Assembly: GCA_049967655.1 (NCBI GenBank)
Contig: JBMFSH010000008.1
Coordinates: 39,268-103,267, forward strand
DNA length: 64,000 nucleotides
DNA from: Acidobacteriota bacterium
GTDB taxonomy: Bacteria > Acidobacteriota > UBA4820 > DSQY01
Reading direction: 5' to 3'
Position numbers and translations under genes: made by a program. Under the pieces are notes generated by a model, which worked only from the letters and a program-made list of their open reading frames with translations, was not told the DNA's origin and did not search any database. Below, piece by piece: positions 1 through 11,359 of the stretch. The number at the start of each line of letters is the position of its first letter. The stretch's first letter is position 1.

Positions 1-66
1 GCATCCGTCGTCATGGGGTACCTGGGGGGAATCCATGGCTCAAAAGGTTAACGTTGGGGGTGTGCC

Positions 67-1644
67 TTGAGCCTCGAGAGTGATGTTGGGGCTGGGCTTG
101 CCAGCGGCAACCACTTGGAGAAGTGGATCATCGCGGTGACCACCAGTCTGGGCACCTTCATGGAGGTGCTCGATACCTCCGTCGCCAACGTCGCCCTCCC
201 CCACATGGCGGGGACCTACGCCGTCGGCACGGACGAGATCACGTGGGTGATCACCTCCTACCTCGTGGCCAACGCCGTGATCCTGCCCCTCACCGGCTGG
301 CTGGGCTCCTACTTCAGCCGCAAGCGGGTCTATCTGCTGTGTCTCGCCCTCTTCACCGCCGCTTCGTACGGATCGGGCATGGCCCCCACCCTCTGGTTTC
401 TCATCCTGATGCGGGTCATTCAGGGGCTCGCGGGGGGGGCTATGGTGCCCATGTCCCAGGCCATCCTCCTGGAGACCTTCCCCAAGGAGGAGCACGGCAA
501 GGCGACGGCCATCTTCGGCCTGGGAGCAGTCTTCGCTCCCGTCCTGGGGCCGCTCGTGGGCGGATGGATCACCGACCACTGGTCGTGGCCGTGGATCTTC
601 TTCATCAACATCCCCATCGGTGCACTGGCCATCCTCTTGGCCCTTCTCTTCATCACGGATCCGCCCTACCTGAAGCGGGCGGAAGGGCGCGTGGATTACG
701 CGAGCTTCCTCTTTGTCGCCGTCGGGCTGGGAAGCCTCGAAGTCATGCTCAACAGGGGGGAGCGCTTCGACTGGTTCGCCTCCAATTTCATCAAGTTTTT
801 CGCGGGGCTGGCCGTCCTGGGGCTCGCCCTTTTCGTGTGGCGCTCCCTGACCGCCGAGAACCCCCTGGTGGATCTCTCCCTCTTCAAGGACAGACAGTTC
901 TCGGCCAGTCTCGCCCTCATGTTCGCCGCCGGATTCGCCCTGTACGGCGTCTTCACCTTCCTCCCGCTGTTCGTTCAAAACCTCATGGGCTACACGGCCA
1001 CCTGGGCGGGAGTCATCCTTTCACCCGGCGGCATCGGAACGATCGTGACCATGGCCCTTTCCGCCGTCCTCGTGGGCAAGGTGGACACCCGCGTGCTGGT
1101 GGGGATCGGCCTCGCGGTCCAGGGCTGGGCCTGCTTTCTCCTCGCCGGCTCCACCTTGCAGGCGGGTCTCGCCCATTTCTGGATGGCGCTCTTCATCCAG
1201 GGGCTGGGGATGGGGCTATTCTTCGTGCCGCTCGGGGTAGCCATGGCGCAGGATGTTCCTCCGGCGAAGATGGGGACCGCCACCGCCCTCTTCAATCTGA
1301 TGCGCAACGAGGGCGGCTCCATCGGCGTCGCCCTCTCCACGACGCTGCTCTCCCAGCGGGCCCAGTTTCATAACGCACGGCTGGCGGAGCACGCCAGCGC
1401 ATTCAACCCACTGTGGCGCGAAGCCGAGTTCTCCGCCCGAGCGGTGCTGTTCCCCACCGCCGGTCAGGACCCACATTCCATGAACCAGCTCGCCAACGGT
1501 CTTCTCGGAGCGCAGGTAACGCAGCAGGCCTATCTCCTGTCCTACCTGGACGTCTTCGCCTATCTCGGAGGGGTGTTTACCGTCATCCTTCTCCTGGTCC
1601 CCTTGTTGAGAGGCCGAAGCACGGGGCCCCTCTCCCTTCACTGA
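67..1644 (+). CDS. DHA2 family (EmrB/QacA) MFS efflux permease, copy 1
   Basis: About 14 hydrophobic segments; EmrB motifs MEVLDTSVANVALP, WVITSYLVA, GPLVGGWIT, FNLMRNEGGSIG. TTG start is uncertain. Confidence 0.9.
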   Translation: MSLESDVGAGLASGNHLEKWIIAVTTSLGTFMEVLDTSVANVALPHMAGTYAVGTDEITWVITSYLVANAVILPLTGWLGSYFSRKRVYLLCLALFTAASYGSGMAPTLWFLILMRVIQGLAGGAMVPMSQAILLETFPKEEHGKATAIFGLGAVFAPVLGPLVGGWITDHWSWPWIFFINIPIGALAILLALLFITDPPYLKRAEGRVDYASFLFVAVGLGSLEVMLNRGERFDWFASNFIKFFAGLAVLGLALFVWRSLTAENPLVDLSLFKDRQFSASLALMFAAGFALYGVFTFLPLFVQNLMGYTATWAGVILSPGGIGTIVTMALSAVLVGKVDTRVLVGIGLAVQGWACFLLAGSTLQAGLAHFWMALFIQGLGMGLFFVPLGVAMAQDVPPAKMGTATALFNLMRNEGGSIGVALSTTLLSQRAQFHNARLAEHASAFNPLWREAEFSARAVLFPTAGQDPHSMNQLANGLLGAQVTQQAYLLSYLDVFAYLGGVFTVILLLVPLLRGRSTGPLSLH

Positions 1645-1669
1645 ATCCCGACTCTAGGGAAGGCTGTGC

Positions 1670-3214
1670 TTGGAGAATTCTTCTAAGACCTCCAACAAAT
1701 GGCTGATCGCCATGGCCACGCTGCTTGGCCCCCTGATGCAGAACATCGACACGGCCGTGGCCAACGTGGCGCTGCCGCACATGGCGGGGACCTTCTCGGT
1801 GGGGGTGGACGAGATCGCCTGGGTCCTGACGGCCTACCTGGTCGCCAACGCGGTCATCCTGCCCATGACGGGCTTCCTGGGGATGCGCTTCGGACGAAAG
1901 CGCTTCTACCTCTCCTGCCTGGTCCTCTTCATAGTGGCTTCCCTGGGCTCCGGCCTGGCCCCCTCCCTGGCCTTCCTGATCGTGATGCGCGTCCTTCAGG
2001 GCCTCGCGGGGGGGGCCATGGTCCCCATGTGCCAGGCCATCCTTCTGGAGACCTTCCCCAAGGAAGAGCACGGCAAGGCCATGGCCTTCTTCGGGGCCGG
2101 CCAGATCGTGGGCCCCCTGATCGGCCCCGTGCTCGGCGGATACCTCACCGACACCTACACCTGGCCGTGGGTCTTCTACGTCAACGTCCCGGTGGGCCTG
2201 ATGGCCCTCGTGCTGGGCTTCTTCTTCATCCACGACCCTCCTTACATCAAGAAGCCCGAGGGCCGGGTGGACTACTGGAGCTTCCTCTTCATCACCGTGG
2301 GCGTGGGAAGCCTGGAGGTGGTGCTCAGCCGGGGCGAGCGCTACGACTGGCTGGACAGCTCTTTCATCAAGATCTTCGCCTTCTGCGCGCTCGTGGGGCT
2401 CGCCCTCTTCGTCTGGCGCTCCCTCACGGCCGAAAAGCCCCTGGTCAATTTCGCGTTTTTCAGGAAGAAGGAGTTCACCGCGGGGGCGCTCCTCATGTTC
2501 ACCTGGGGATTCGGCCTTTACGGCGCCATGGTCACGATCCCCCTCTTCGTCCAGGAGCTGCTCGGGTACAACGCCACGTGGGCCGGCATGATCCTCTCCG
2601 TCGGCGGCCTATCGGCCCTGGCCGCCATGCCCATCGTCGGGCGCCTCACGGGGAAGGTGGATACCCGCGTGCTCGTCTTTGCCGGGCTGGCCATGAATGT
2701 CTTCTCCATGACCTTGTACCGGCAGGTCTACCTCGGCATCGACTTCCCCTACCTCGCCACCGCCCGCCTCTTTCAAAGCTTCGGGCAGGCCTTCGTCTCC
2801 ATCCCCCTTCTCGTGGCGGCCTTCGCCCGCATCCGGCCCGAGGAGACAGGGCAGGCCACGGGCCTCTACAACCTGATGCGCAACGAAGGGGGATCGGTGG
2901 GGATCGCCCTGGCCAACACGGTGCTGGCGAGGCGCGCCCAGTTCCACCAGGCCAACCTCGTGGGGCACCTAAATCCGTTCAACCCGGCCTACCGGGCGGC
3001 GCTCTCAGGCATTGAGCAGGGGCTGCGCCCGGCGACGGGGGTGGACCCAACCACCCTTCACCTCATGGCGGTCCATCTCCTGGGTCTCCAGTTGGAGCGC
3101 CAGGCGAACCTCATGGCCTTCGTGGATGTGTTTCAGATGCTGCTGGTCCTCTTCCTGGTCCTTTCGCCCCTCGTGCTGCTCCTCAAGAAACCGCGGGACG
3201 CACGTCCGGCCTAG
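1670..3214 (+). CDS. DHA2 family (EmrB/QacA) MFS efflux permease, copy 2
   Basis: Paralogue of copy 1 (DTAVANVALPHMAG, YNLMRNEGGSVG); TTG start preceded by GGAAGG. Confidence 0.9.
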   Translation: MENSSKTSNKWLIAMATLLGPLMQNIDTAVANVALPHMAGTFSVGVDEIAWVLTAYLVANAVILPMTGFLGMRFGRKRFYLSCLVLFIVASLGSGLAPSLAFLIVMRVLQGLAGGAMVPMCQAILLETFPKEEHGKAMAFFGAGQIVGPLIGPVLGGYLTDTYTWPWVFYVNVPVGLMALVLGFFFIHDPPYIKKPEGRVDYWSFLFITVGVGSLEVVLSRGERYDWLDSSFIKIFAFCALVGLALFVWRSLTAEKPLVNFAFFRKKEFTAGALLMFTWGFGLYGAMVTIPLFVQELLGYNATWAGMILSVGGLSALAAMPIVGRLTGKVDTRVLVFAGLAMNVFSMTLYRQVYLGIDFPYLATARLFQSFGQAFVSIPLLVAAFARIRPEETGQATGLYNLMRNEGGSVGIALANTVLARRAQFHQANLVGHLNPFNPAYRAALSGIEQGLRPATGVDPTTLHLMAVHLLGLQLERQANLMAFVDVFQMLLVLFLVLSPLVLLLKKPRDARPA

Positions 3215-3237
3215 GATCGGGGGAACCGTCCACGACC

Positions 3238-5169
<1,932 letters not shown>

Positions 5170-5402
5170 GGCGCACCTTTCACTCGGCCTCCCCAGGCCG
5201 CACCGAGAACCCTGGTCTCTCGCAATGCTTCTTCATACAGTAAACTCTTCCGGCTTGCAAGGAAAGCACCCGCCCCCGCGCCTCCACGACTCCTCGCTTC
5301 TGGCCCCCTGCCCTTGGTTCCCGGCCTCTCATTTGACAGCCTTCGACCTCCCTGTGTACCTTACGCAAGGACCGGCGGGACCCGCCGGGCCAAGGAGACG
5401 AC

Positions 5403-6944
5403 GTGAAGACTTCCAACAAGTACCTGATCGCCGTGACGGCCATGCTCGGCACCCTCATGGAGGTGATCGACACCTCCGTGGCCAACGTGGCCCTCCCGCA
5501 CATGGCCGGCACCTACTCGGCGGGAGTGGACGAGGTCACGTGGGTCATCACGAGCTACCTCGTGGCCAACGCCGTGGTCCTGCCCATCACGGGCTTTCTG
5601 GGAAACTACTTCGGCCGCAAGCGCTTCTTCCTCTCCTGCCTCGTGCTTTTCAGCGTCGCCTCATTCGGCTCCGGAGCCGCTCCCACCCTTTGGTTCTTGA
5701 TCATCATGCGGGTCATCCAGGGTTTCGCGGGCGGGGCCATGGTGCCCATGTCCCAGGCCATCCTCCTGGAATCTTTCCCCAAGGAGGAGCACGGCAAGGC
5801 CATGGCGCTTTTCAGCGTGGGGGTCATCTTCGGCCCCATCATCGGTCCCGCCCTGGGAGGCTGGATCACCGACAACTGGACCTGGCCCTGGATCTTTTTC
5901 ATCAACATCCCGCTGGGCCTCGTGGCGCTCGTGCTGGGCTACTTCTTCATCGAAGATCCTTCCTACATGAAGCGGCCCGAGGGCCGGGTGGACTACTGGA
6001 GCTTCCTCTTCATCGCCATGGGGCTCGGCAGCCTGGAGGTGATGCTCAACCGCGGGGACCGCTACGACTGGTTCCACAGCAACTTCATTAAAGCCTTCGC
6101 CGTCTCCGCCGCCCTGGGCATCGCCCTCTTCCTCTGGCGTTCCTTAACGGCCGAGAACCCCCTGGTGGATCTTTCCATCATGAAGAACCGCGAGTACGCC
6201 ACCGGCACGACCCTCATGTTCCTCCTGGGATTCGGTCTCTACGGCTCCTTCGTGGCCCTCCCCCTCTTCGCCCAGGATCTCTTGGGCTACACGGCCACCT
6301 GGGCCGGGCTCGTCCTCTCCCCGGGAGGCATCGCATCCCTCGTGGCGGTGTTCTTCGTGGGCAACCTCATGGGCAAGATCGACACCCGCCTCATGGTGAC
6401 GGTGGGAGTGCTGCTGAATATCGTGTCCATGGCCCTGCTCGTCTCGGTGGACCTGCACGTGAGCTTTTCCTACCTGATGTGGACGCGATGTCTCCAGGGC
6501 TTCGGCATGGGCTGCCTCTTCGTGCCCGTAGCCGTCTCCTCCTACTCGCGGATTCCCCCCGAAAAAACGGGCCAGGCCACGGGCCTGTTCAACCTCCTGC
6601 GCAACGAGGGGGGCTCCGTGGGCATCGCGCTCACCACCACCGTCCTCAGCCACCGCTCGCAGTTCCACCAGGAGCGGCTCGTGGAGCACCTCACCCCCTT
6701 CAACCCCGCCTACCGGGAGACGCTGGCACAGACCGCGCACGGCCTGTTCGCCACGGCGGGGCTCGATCCCTCCACCATGAAGCAGCTCTCCATCGGCCTC
6801 CTGTACGGCCAGGTCCAGCGCCAGGCGGCCGTGATGGCCTTCGTGGACGTCTTCTGGATGCTGATGTTGATCTTCGCCGCCATCCTGCCTCTCATCTTCC
6901 TGCTCCGGGGGAAGGCGGGCGGCCAGGCGGCCGGGATTCACTGA
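5403..6944 (+). CDS. DHA2 family (EmrB/QacA) MFS efflux permease, copy 3
   Basis: Third paralogue (MEVIDTSVANVALPHMAG); GTG start with AAGGAG RBS. Confidence 0.9.
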   Translation: MKTSNKYLIAVTAMLGTLMEVIDTSVANVALPHMAGTYSAGVDEVTWVITSYLVANAVVLPITGFLGNYFGRKRFFLSCLVLFSVASFGSGAAPTLWFLIIMRVIQGFAGGAMVPMSQAILLESFPKEEHGKAMALFSVGVIFGPIIGPALGGWITDNWTWPWIFFINIPLGLVALVLGYFFIEDPSYMKRPEGRVDYWSFLFIAMGLGSLEVMLNRGDRYDWFHSNFIKAFAVSAALGIALFLWRSLTAENPLVDLSIMKNREYATGTTLMFLLGFGLYGSFVALPLFAQDLLGYTATWAGLVLSPGGIASLVAVFFVGNLMGKIDTRLMVTVGVLLNIVSMALLVSVDLHVSFSYLMWTRCLQGFGMGCLFVPVAVSSYSRIPPEKTGQATGLFNLLRNEGGSVGIALTTTVLSHRSQFHQERLVEHLTPFNPAYRETLAQTAHGLFATAGLDPSTMKQLSIGLLYGQVQRQAAVMAFVDVFWMLMLIFAAILPLIFLLRGKAGGQAAGIH

Positions 6945-7020
6945 GGCTTTCCACGGGGAACCTCCCGTCCGCCCGTCTCCCGATCGGAAGGGGTGCCCGT
7001 TTCATCCGCGCCTGAGGACG

Positions 7021-7046
7021 AAAGGGCCCGCCGCGAGGGCGGGCCC
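7021..7046 (-). terminator. Hairpin between convergent emrB-like copy 3 and GAPDH; probable intrinsic terminator
   Basis: gggcccgcc-gcgag-ggcgggccc stem, followed by TTT on the minus strand. Confidence 0.5.
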
Positions 7047-7074
7047 GATGGATCGCTGGGTCCATGCGGCCGAT

Positions 7075-8145
7075 TCACGGTTGCTGGGCCGGGAGCGCCT
7101 TCTTGCCGGAGCGCAACAGATCCTTGACGATGCCGAGGGTGGCGTTGGTGGTTTCGATGGACTTGGCCCCGACCTTCTCCAGGCCCGTGAGCGCCCGGAT
7201 CGCGTCCACGTTCTCGGGGACCACGATGGACATGTTGTGGACCTGGTAGAAGAGGTAGAGCTCCACCCCGTCCACCGCCAGGATGTCCTCCCAGACCACC
7301 ACCTCCCACATGTCGCCGCGGGAGCGGCCCAGATCGTGGACCAGCTCCACGTTGCAGTTCAAGGCGGTGATGCCGTCGGAGGCGCGCACGAAGGCGATGC
7401 GGGGGGTCTTCCAGAGGACCTCCAGGACCTCCTCCCGGCTCGCCGGCCGGGTCATCTCGATCTGCCAGACGTGGGCGTGGCTGATGGTCTGCGGAGTCAG
7501 GATGGCCATGGTGGTGATGTTCAGGTCCGGCACGATGGTCTTGGCGTCGGGCGCCTGGTGGCTGGGCACGTGCAGCTCCGGCACGATGGTGTTCATGATG
7601 CCCGTCTGGTGAGTGTTCCAAGGATCCACGGCGCGTCGGGCCAGGGTCCCCCACCCCTTCTTCACGAGACCGGCCTTGTGCAGAGCCCCCAGGGTGCGGA
7701 CGATGGAGGTGGTGTTGCAAGAGACTACTCGCGTGGAGTTGAGACCCAGGGCGCTCTCGTAGTTGGCCTGGGCCACGAAGGAGTGGCCCGTCAGGGAGTG
7801 CTTCTCGGCGCCCTGGAAGATGGACTTGATGCCCAGTCCGTCGTAGAGGACCTTGTTCTTGGAAGCCACGGCTCTCGGTGTGCAGTCCACCACCACGTCC
7901 ACCTGCTTCAGCAGGTCGGGAAGGGTCCCGTGGACGTGGACGCCCGTCTCCCTCATGGTGGACCAAGCCTCCTCGGTCATGGCGTAGACCGGGATACCGT
8001 GGACCTCCGCCACCTGAACGCGGTAGTCCCCCACCACATCGGAAACGCCCACCAGCTCCATGTCGGGCTGGAGCCGCACCGCGTCCGCCACCCTCTTCCC
8101 GATGACCCCGTAGCCATTCACCGCCACGCGCGCTTTTCTATCCAT
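7075..8145 (-). CDS. gap: Type II (archaeal-type) phosphorylating glyceraldehyde-3-phosphate dehydrogenase
   Basis: VAVNGYGVIGKRVADAV, VVVDCTP, IFQGAEK and catalytic RVVSCNTT are type II GAPDH signatures. Confidence 0.9.
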   Translation of the reverse strand: MDRKARVAVNGYGVIGKRVADAVRLQPDMELVGVSDVVGDYRVQVAEVHGIPVYAMTEEAWSTMRETGVHVHGTLPDLLKQVDVVVDCTPRAVASKNKVLYDGLGIKSIFQGAEKHSLTGHSFVAQANYESALGLNSTRVVSCNTTSIVRTLGALHKAGLVKKGWGTLARRAVDPWNTHQTGIMNTIVPELHVPSHQAPDAKTIVPDLNITTMAILTPQTISHAHVWQIEMTRPASREEVLEVLWKTPRIAFVRASDGITALNCNVELVHDLGRSRGDMWEVVVWEDILAVDGVELYLFYQVHNMSIVVPENVDAIRALTGLEKVGAKSIETTNATLGIVKDLLRSGKKALPAQQP

Positions 8146-8207
8146 CCCGGATTCCCCTTACAATCCTTTTGCCTTCATAACCCCTTGGAACACGCCGGAG
8201 GCGGCCC

Positions 8208-8591
8208 TCAGCCGCGGTTGTACACGTCCTCTACCCGAACGATGTCCCGTTCGTCGGGATCGCCGAACCAAAACTCCAGAAAGCGGGCGGGCGCCCGGCC
8301 CACCCCGCTGGCGCGGTGCAGAACCCCGCACGCGACCCAGATCTCCTCACCGGGTTCAGGGCGCCAGACCCTCTCGCCCAGAGTCACCTCGAGGCCCTCG
8401 TCCAAGACCACCCAGTATTCGCTCCGCCGCTGGTGGTACTGCAGGGAGAGCACCCCTCCCGGCTCGAGGGTCAGGATCTTGATGCCCTCCACCTCGTCCT
8501 TCGGGTAGCGCCGGAAACGGCCCCAAGGACGGGTCTCTTCCAGGATCCCCCCGCGGAATTCTTCCGGGGTTACCTGCTCCTCTCTAGGCAT
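8208..8591 (-). CDS. Cupin protein, mannose-6-phosphate isomerase type II C-terminal-like
   Basis: RPWG, LSLQYHQRRSEYWVV, HR, EXDIVRVEDXY motifs. Start placed at the ATG of MPREEQ. Confidence 0.8.
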   Translation of the reverse strand: MPREEQVTPEEFRGGILEETRPWGRFRRYPKDEVEGIKILTLEPGGVLSLQYHQRRSEYWVVLDEGLEVTLGERVWRPEPGEEIWVACGVLHRASGVGRAPARFLEFWFGDPDERDIVRVEDVYNRG

Positions 8592-8728
8592 GCCACATCC
8601 TCCCGCGAAGCCGCAAAAAACCCCGCTCTGAGTGGCGGAGGGGCTATTGTAATCGCAGGCGGCGGTTGAAGGCAAAACCCATTCAACCCCGCCGTGAAAG
8701 CGGGTATACTCCCACTCCGGGAGGGATC

Positions 8729-9505
8729 ATGGGAGTCGGGCCTTACACCGTCCGGTCCAACGTGCGCCGGGGGCTCTATGCGACGCTTACCGTGGAGGGG
8801 CGCGTGGAGCCGAGCGCGCCCGGCCAGTTCTACATGGTCCGCGGCGACTGGGGGTCCGATCCGCTCCTGGCACGGCCCCTTTCCATCCTGAGCGACGATT
8901 CCTCTCGAGGCATCCTCCGCTTCCTTCTCAAGGTCTTCGGAGAGGGCAGCCGCCGCCTGCATGCGCTGGAGCCCGGGCAGAAGGTCCACGCCCTCGGGCC
9001 GCTGGGCCGCCCCTTTCCTCGCGGCGCGTCTGACGGAGGGGGCAAGCCGGCCTTTGTGGGAGGCGGCGTCGGCGTACCGCCGCTGGTCTACCTGGCCGAA
9101 GCCTTTGCGCGGGAGGGAAGGCCCTTCACCTTCCTCCAGGGCGCTCGGACGAGGGATGACCTGGTCTGCCTGGAGGAGCTGGCCGCACTGGGCGTGCAAC
9201 CGGAAGTGACTACCGAGGACGGGAGCGAGGGAGAGAAGGGCCTCGTCACGGCATCCCTGAAAAGAGCCATCGAAAGGGGCGCCCCCGCCGTCTACGCCTG
9301 CGGCCCCGAGGGGATGCTCAAGGCGGTGGCCGCTCTCTGCCGGGGGCGGGTTCCCTCCTACCTGAGCCTGGAAGCGCGCATGGGCTGCGGCTACGGCGTC
9401 TGCCTGGGCTGCGTTGTGCCCGTGGTCCGGGACGGCGTGCGGAGCTACGAGCGCGTCTGCCAGGAGGGTCCGGTCTTCGAAGGGGAGGTGGTGGAATGGC
9501 CGTAG
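8729..9505 (+). CDS. pyrK: Dihydroorotate dehydrogenase electron transfer subunit
   Basis: PGQF, RPLS, GPLG, GGGVGVPP, ACGPEGM and the 2Fe-2S motif MGCGYGVCLGC...C; directly upstream of pyrD. Confidence 0.9.
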   Translation: MGVGPYTVRSNVRRGLYATLTVEGRVEPSAPGQFYMVRGDWGSDPLLARPLSILSDDSSRGILRFLLKVFGEGSRRLHALEPGQKVHALGPLGRPFPRGASDGGGKPAFVGGGVGVPPLVYLAEAFAREGRPFTFLQGARTRDDLVCLEELAALGVQPEVTTEDGSEGEKGLVTASLKRAIERGAPAVYACGPEGMLKAVAALCRGRVPSYLSLEARMGCGYGVCLGCVVPVVRDGVRSYERVCQEGPVFEGEVVEWP

Positions 9506-10437
9506 AGATGGCCGTGACGCTCGGCTCCCTCCGCCTCAAGAATCCTGTCATGCTGGCTTCGGGCTGTTGCGGGTACGGCTTGGACATGGAGGGGTACCTG
9601 GACCTGAACCGGCTGGGCGGAGCATGCCTCAAGGGCCTCTCCGTGGCGGGGAGCGAGGGCAACCCTCCGCCGAGGATCTGGGAGACCCAGGGCGGCATGA
9701 TCAATGCCATCGGGCTGCAGAACGTAGGGACACGGCGGTTCATCGAGGAGAAGGCTCCCCGCCTGAGAGGCTACGACACCGCCTTCGTGGCCAACTTCTA
9801 CGGGCACACCGTGGAGGAATACGTGGAGGCGGCCCGCCAGCTCGACGGGGAGCCCTGCCTTGCGGCCCTGGAGATGAACATCTCCTGCCCCAACATCCAG
9901 GAGGGAGGCATCCACTTCGGCACCGATCCCGCCATGGTCTACGCCGTGACCAAGGCCTGCCGGGAGGTCGCGAAGAAGCCGCTCTGGGTGAAGCTGAGTC
10001 CCAACGTCTCGGACGTGGCGGCGGTGGCCAGGGCCGCCGAGGAGGCGGGGGCCGACGCCCTCACCTGCATCAACACCATGCCCGCCATGGCCATCGACGT
10101 AGAGAGGCGAGAATTTCGCATCTGGAACAAGATCGGCGGCCTCTCCGGCCCCGCCCTCCGCCCCATCGCCATCCGGATCGTCTACCAGGTGAGCCGGGCC
10201 GTGAAGATTCCGGTCGTCGGCATCGGCGGGGTCGCGACGGCGAGCGACGCCCTCGAGTTCCTTCTCGCGGGCGCCAAGGCGGTCCAGGTAGGGACGGCCC
10301 TCTTCGTGGACCCGCAGTGCCCTTACTCCATCCTCGACGGCATCGAGGCCTACTGCGAACGCCACGGGTTTCCCTCGGTGGAAGCGCTCATCGGCCAGAT
10401 CAAAGATCCGGGGCCCAGGCCCCGGTGTCACGGGTGA
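9496..10437 (+). CDS. pyrD: Dihydroorotate dehydrogenase family 1B catalytic subunit
   Basis: KNPVMLASG, NAIGLQN, EMNISCPN, VKLSPNV, GGLSGPA. Confidence 0.95.
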   Translation: MAVEMAVTLGSLRLKNPVMLASGCCGYGLDMEGYLDLNRLGGACLKGLSVAGSEGNPPPRIWETQGGMINAIGLQNVGTRRFIEEKAPRLRGYDTAFVANFYGHTVEEYVEAARQLDGEPCLAALEMNISCPNIQEGGIHFGTDPAMVYAVTKACREVAKKPLWVKLSPNVSDVAAVARAAEEAGADALTCINTMPAMAIDVERREFRIWNKIGGLSGPALRPIAIRIVYQVSRAVKIPVVGIGGVATASDALEFLLAGAKAVQVGTALFVDPQCPYSILDGIEAYCERHGFPSVEALIGQIKDPGPRPRCHG

Positions 10438-10472
10438 CCGCGATGACCATGGCTCGAACCCAGGGTGCCGGC

Positions 10473-10504
10473 CCTCATCACTTCATCCCCTCATCACCTC
10501 ATCT
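10473..10504 (+). repeat. Four tandem imperfect 8-mers (cctcatca/cttcatcc/cctcatca/cctcatct)
   Basis: Read directly; the last 16 nt recur exactly at 55254-55269. Confidence 0.7.
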
Positions 10505-10537
10505 TGAAGCCTCCATCGGGCTCCCACGGAGGTTCAG

Positions 10538-11260
10538 TTGGCAGAGTTGATCATCGCCCTCGACGTGAACGACGAGAGACGCCTGAACGACCTCGCGGCG
10601 GCCCTTGAAGGCCAGCCGGTGTGGCTCAAGTTGGGGTTGGAGGCCCTCTCGGCCTTCGGGTACGGCGTGATTGAGCGGCAGGCCGCGAAGGGCTTCAAAG
10701 TCTTTGCGGACGTGAAGTTCCACGACATTCCCAACACCGTGGGGGCGGCCTCGCGGGTGTTGACCCGGACGGGGGCGGCCCTCTTCAACGTGCACGCCGC
10801 GGGCGGGGTCGCCATGTGCGCGCAGGCCCGGGAGCAGTCGGAGCGGGAAGCCTCCACCCTGGGCCGTCCCCGGCCCCTCGCGGTGGGCGTGACCATCCTC
10901 ACGAGCCTGGGCCCCGAGGAGGTCCGCTCGGTCGGGTACGAGGGGACGCCGGGCGAGGCTGCGCTTCGGTTGGCCATGGTGGCCAAGCAGGGCAACCTGG
11001 ACGGCGTGGTCTGCTCGGTCCACGAGGCGGCCGCCGTGAAGGCAGCCTGCGGGCGGGATTTTCTCACCGTATGCCCCGGCATCCGACCGGCGGGCGCCGA
11101 TATCCAGGACCAGAAGCGCATCGCCACCCCCCGCGGCGCGGTGGAAGCAGGCGTCGACTTCCTGGTGGTGGGTCGCCCCGTCACCGGTGCACCCGATCCG
11201 GCGGCTGCCTGCGCGGCCATCCTCGATCAGATGCGCGGCCGCGGACCAGGGCCGGGTTGA
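10538..11260 (+). CDS. pyrF: Orotidine-5'-phosphate decarboxylase
   Basis: IIALD, DVKFHDIPNTV, VTILTS, PGIRP, DQKRIATP, VVGRPV. Confidence 0.95.
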   Translation: MAELIIALDVNDERRLNDLAAALEGQPVWLKLGLEALSAFGYGVIERQAAKGFKVFADVKFHDIPNTVGAASRVLTRTGAALFNVHAAGGVAMCAQAREQSEREASTLGRPRPLAVGVTILTSLGPEEVRSVGYEGTPGEAALRLAMVAKQGNLDGVVCSVHEAAAVKAACGRDFLTVCPGIRPAGADIQDQKRIATPRGAVEAGVDFLVVGRPVTGAPDPAAACAAILDQMRGRGPGPG

Positions 11261-11359
11261 CATGATCCGAAAGAAGGACAATCTCCGCTCGTTGATCGAG
11301 CAGAACCGGGAGGCTCCGCTGCCTCCCTCCCTTTTTGCTGGTGACGACAGGAGGCCCGC

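Noticed and set aside
8600..8728. PyrR-type attenuator upstream of pyrK
   Set aside because: Small hairpins exist, but I could not identify a PyrR-binding consensus or a terminator/antiterminator pair.
10473..10504. CRISPR array
   Set aside because: Units are 7-8 nt with no spacers, and no cas genes are present.
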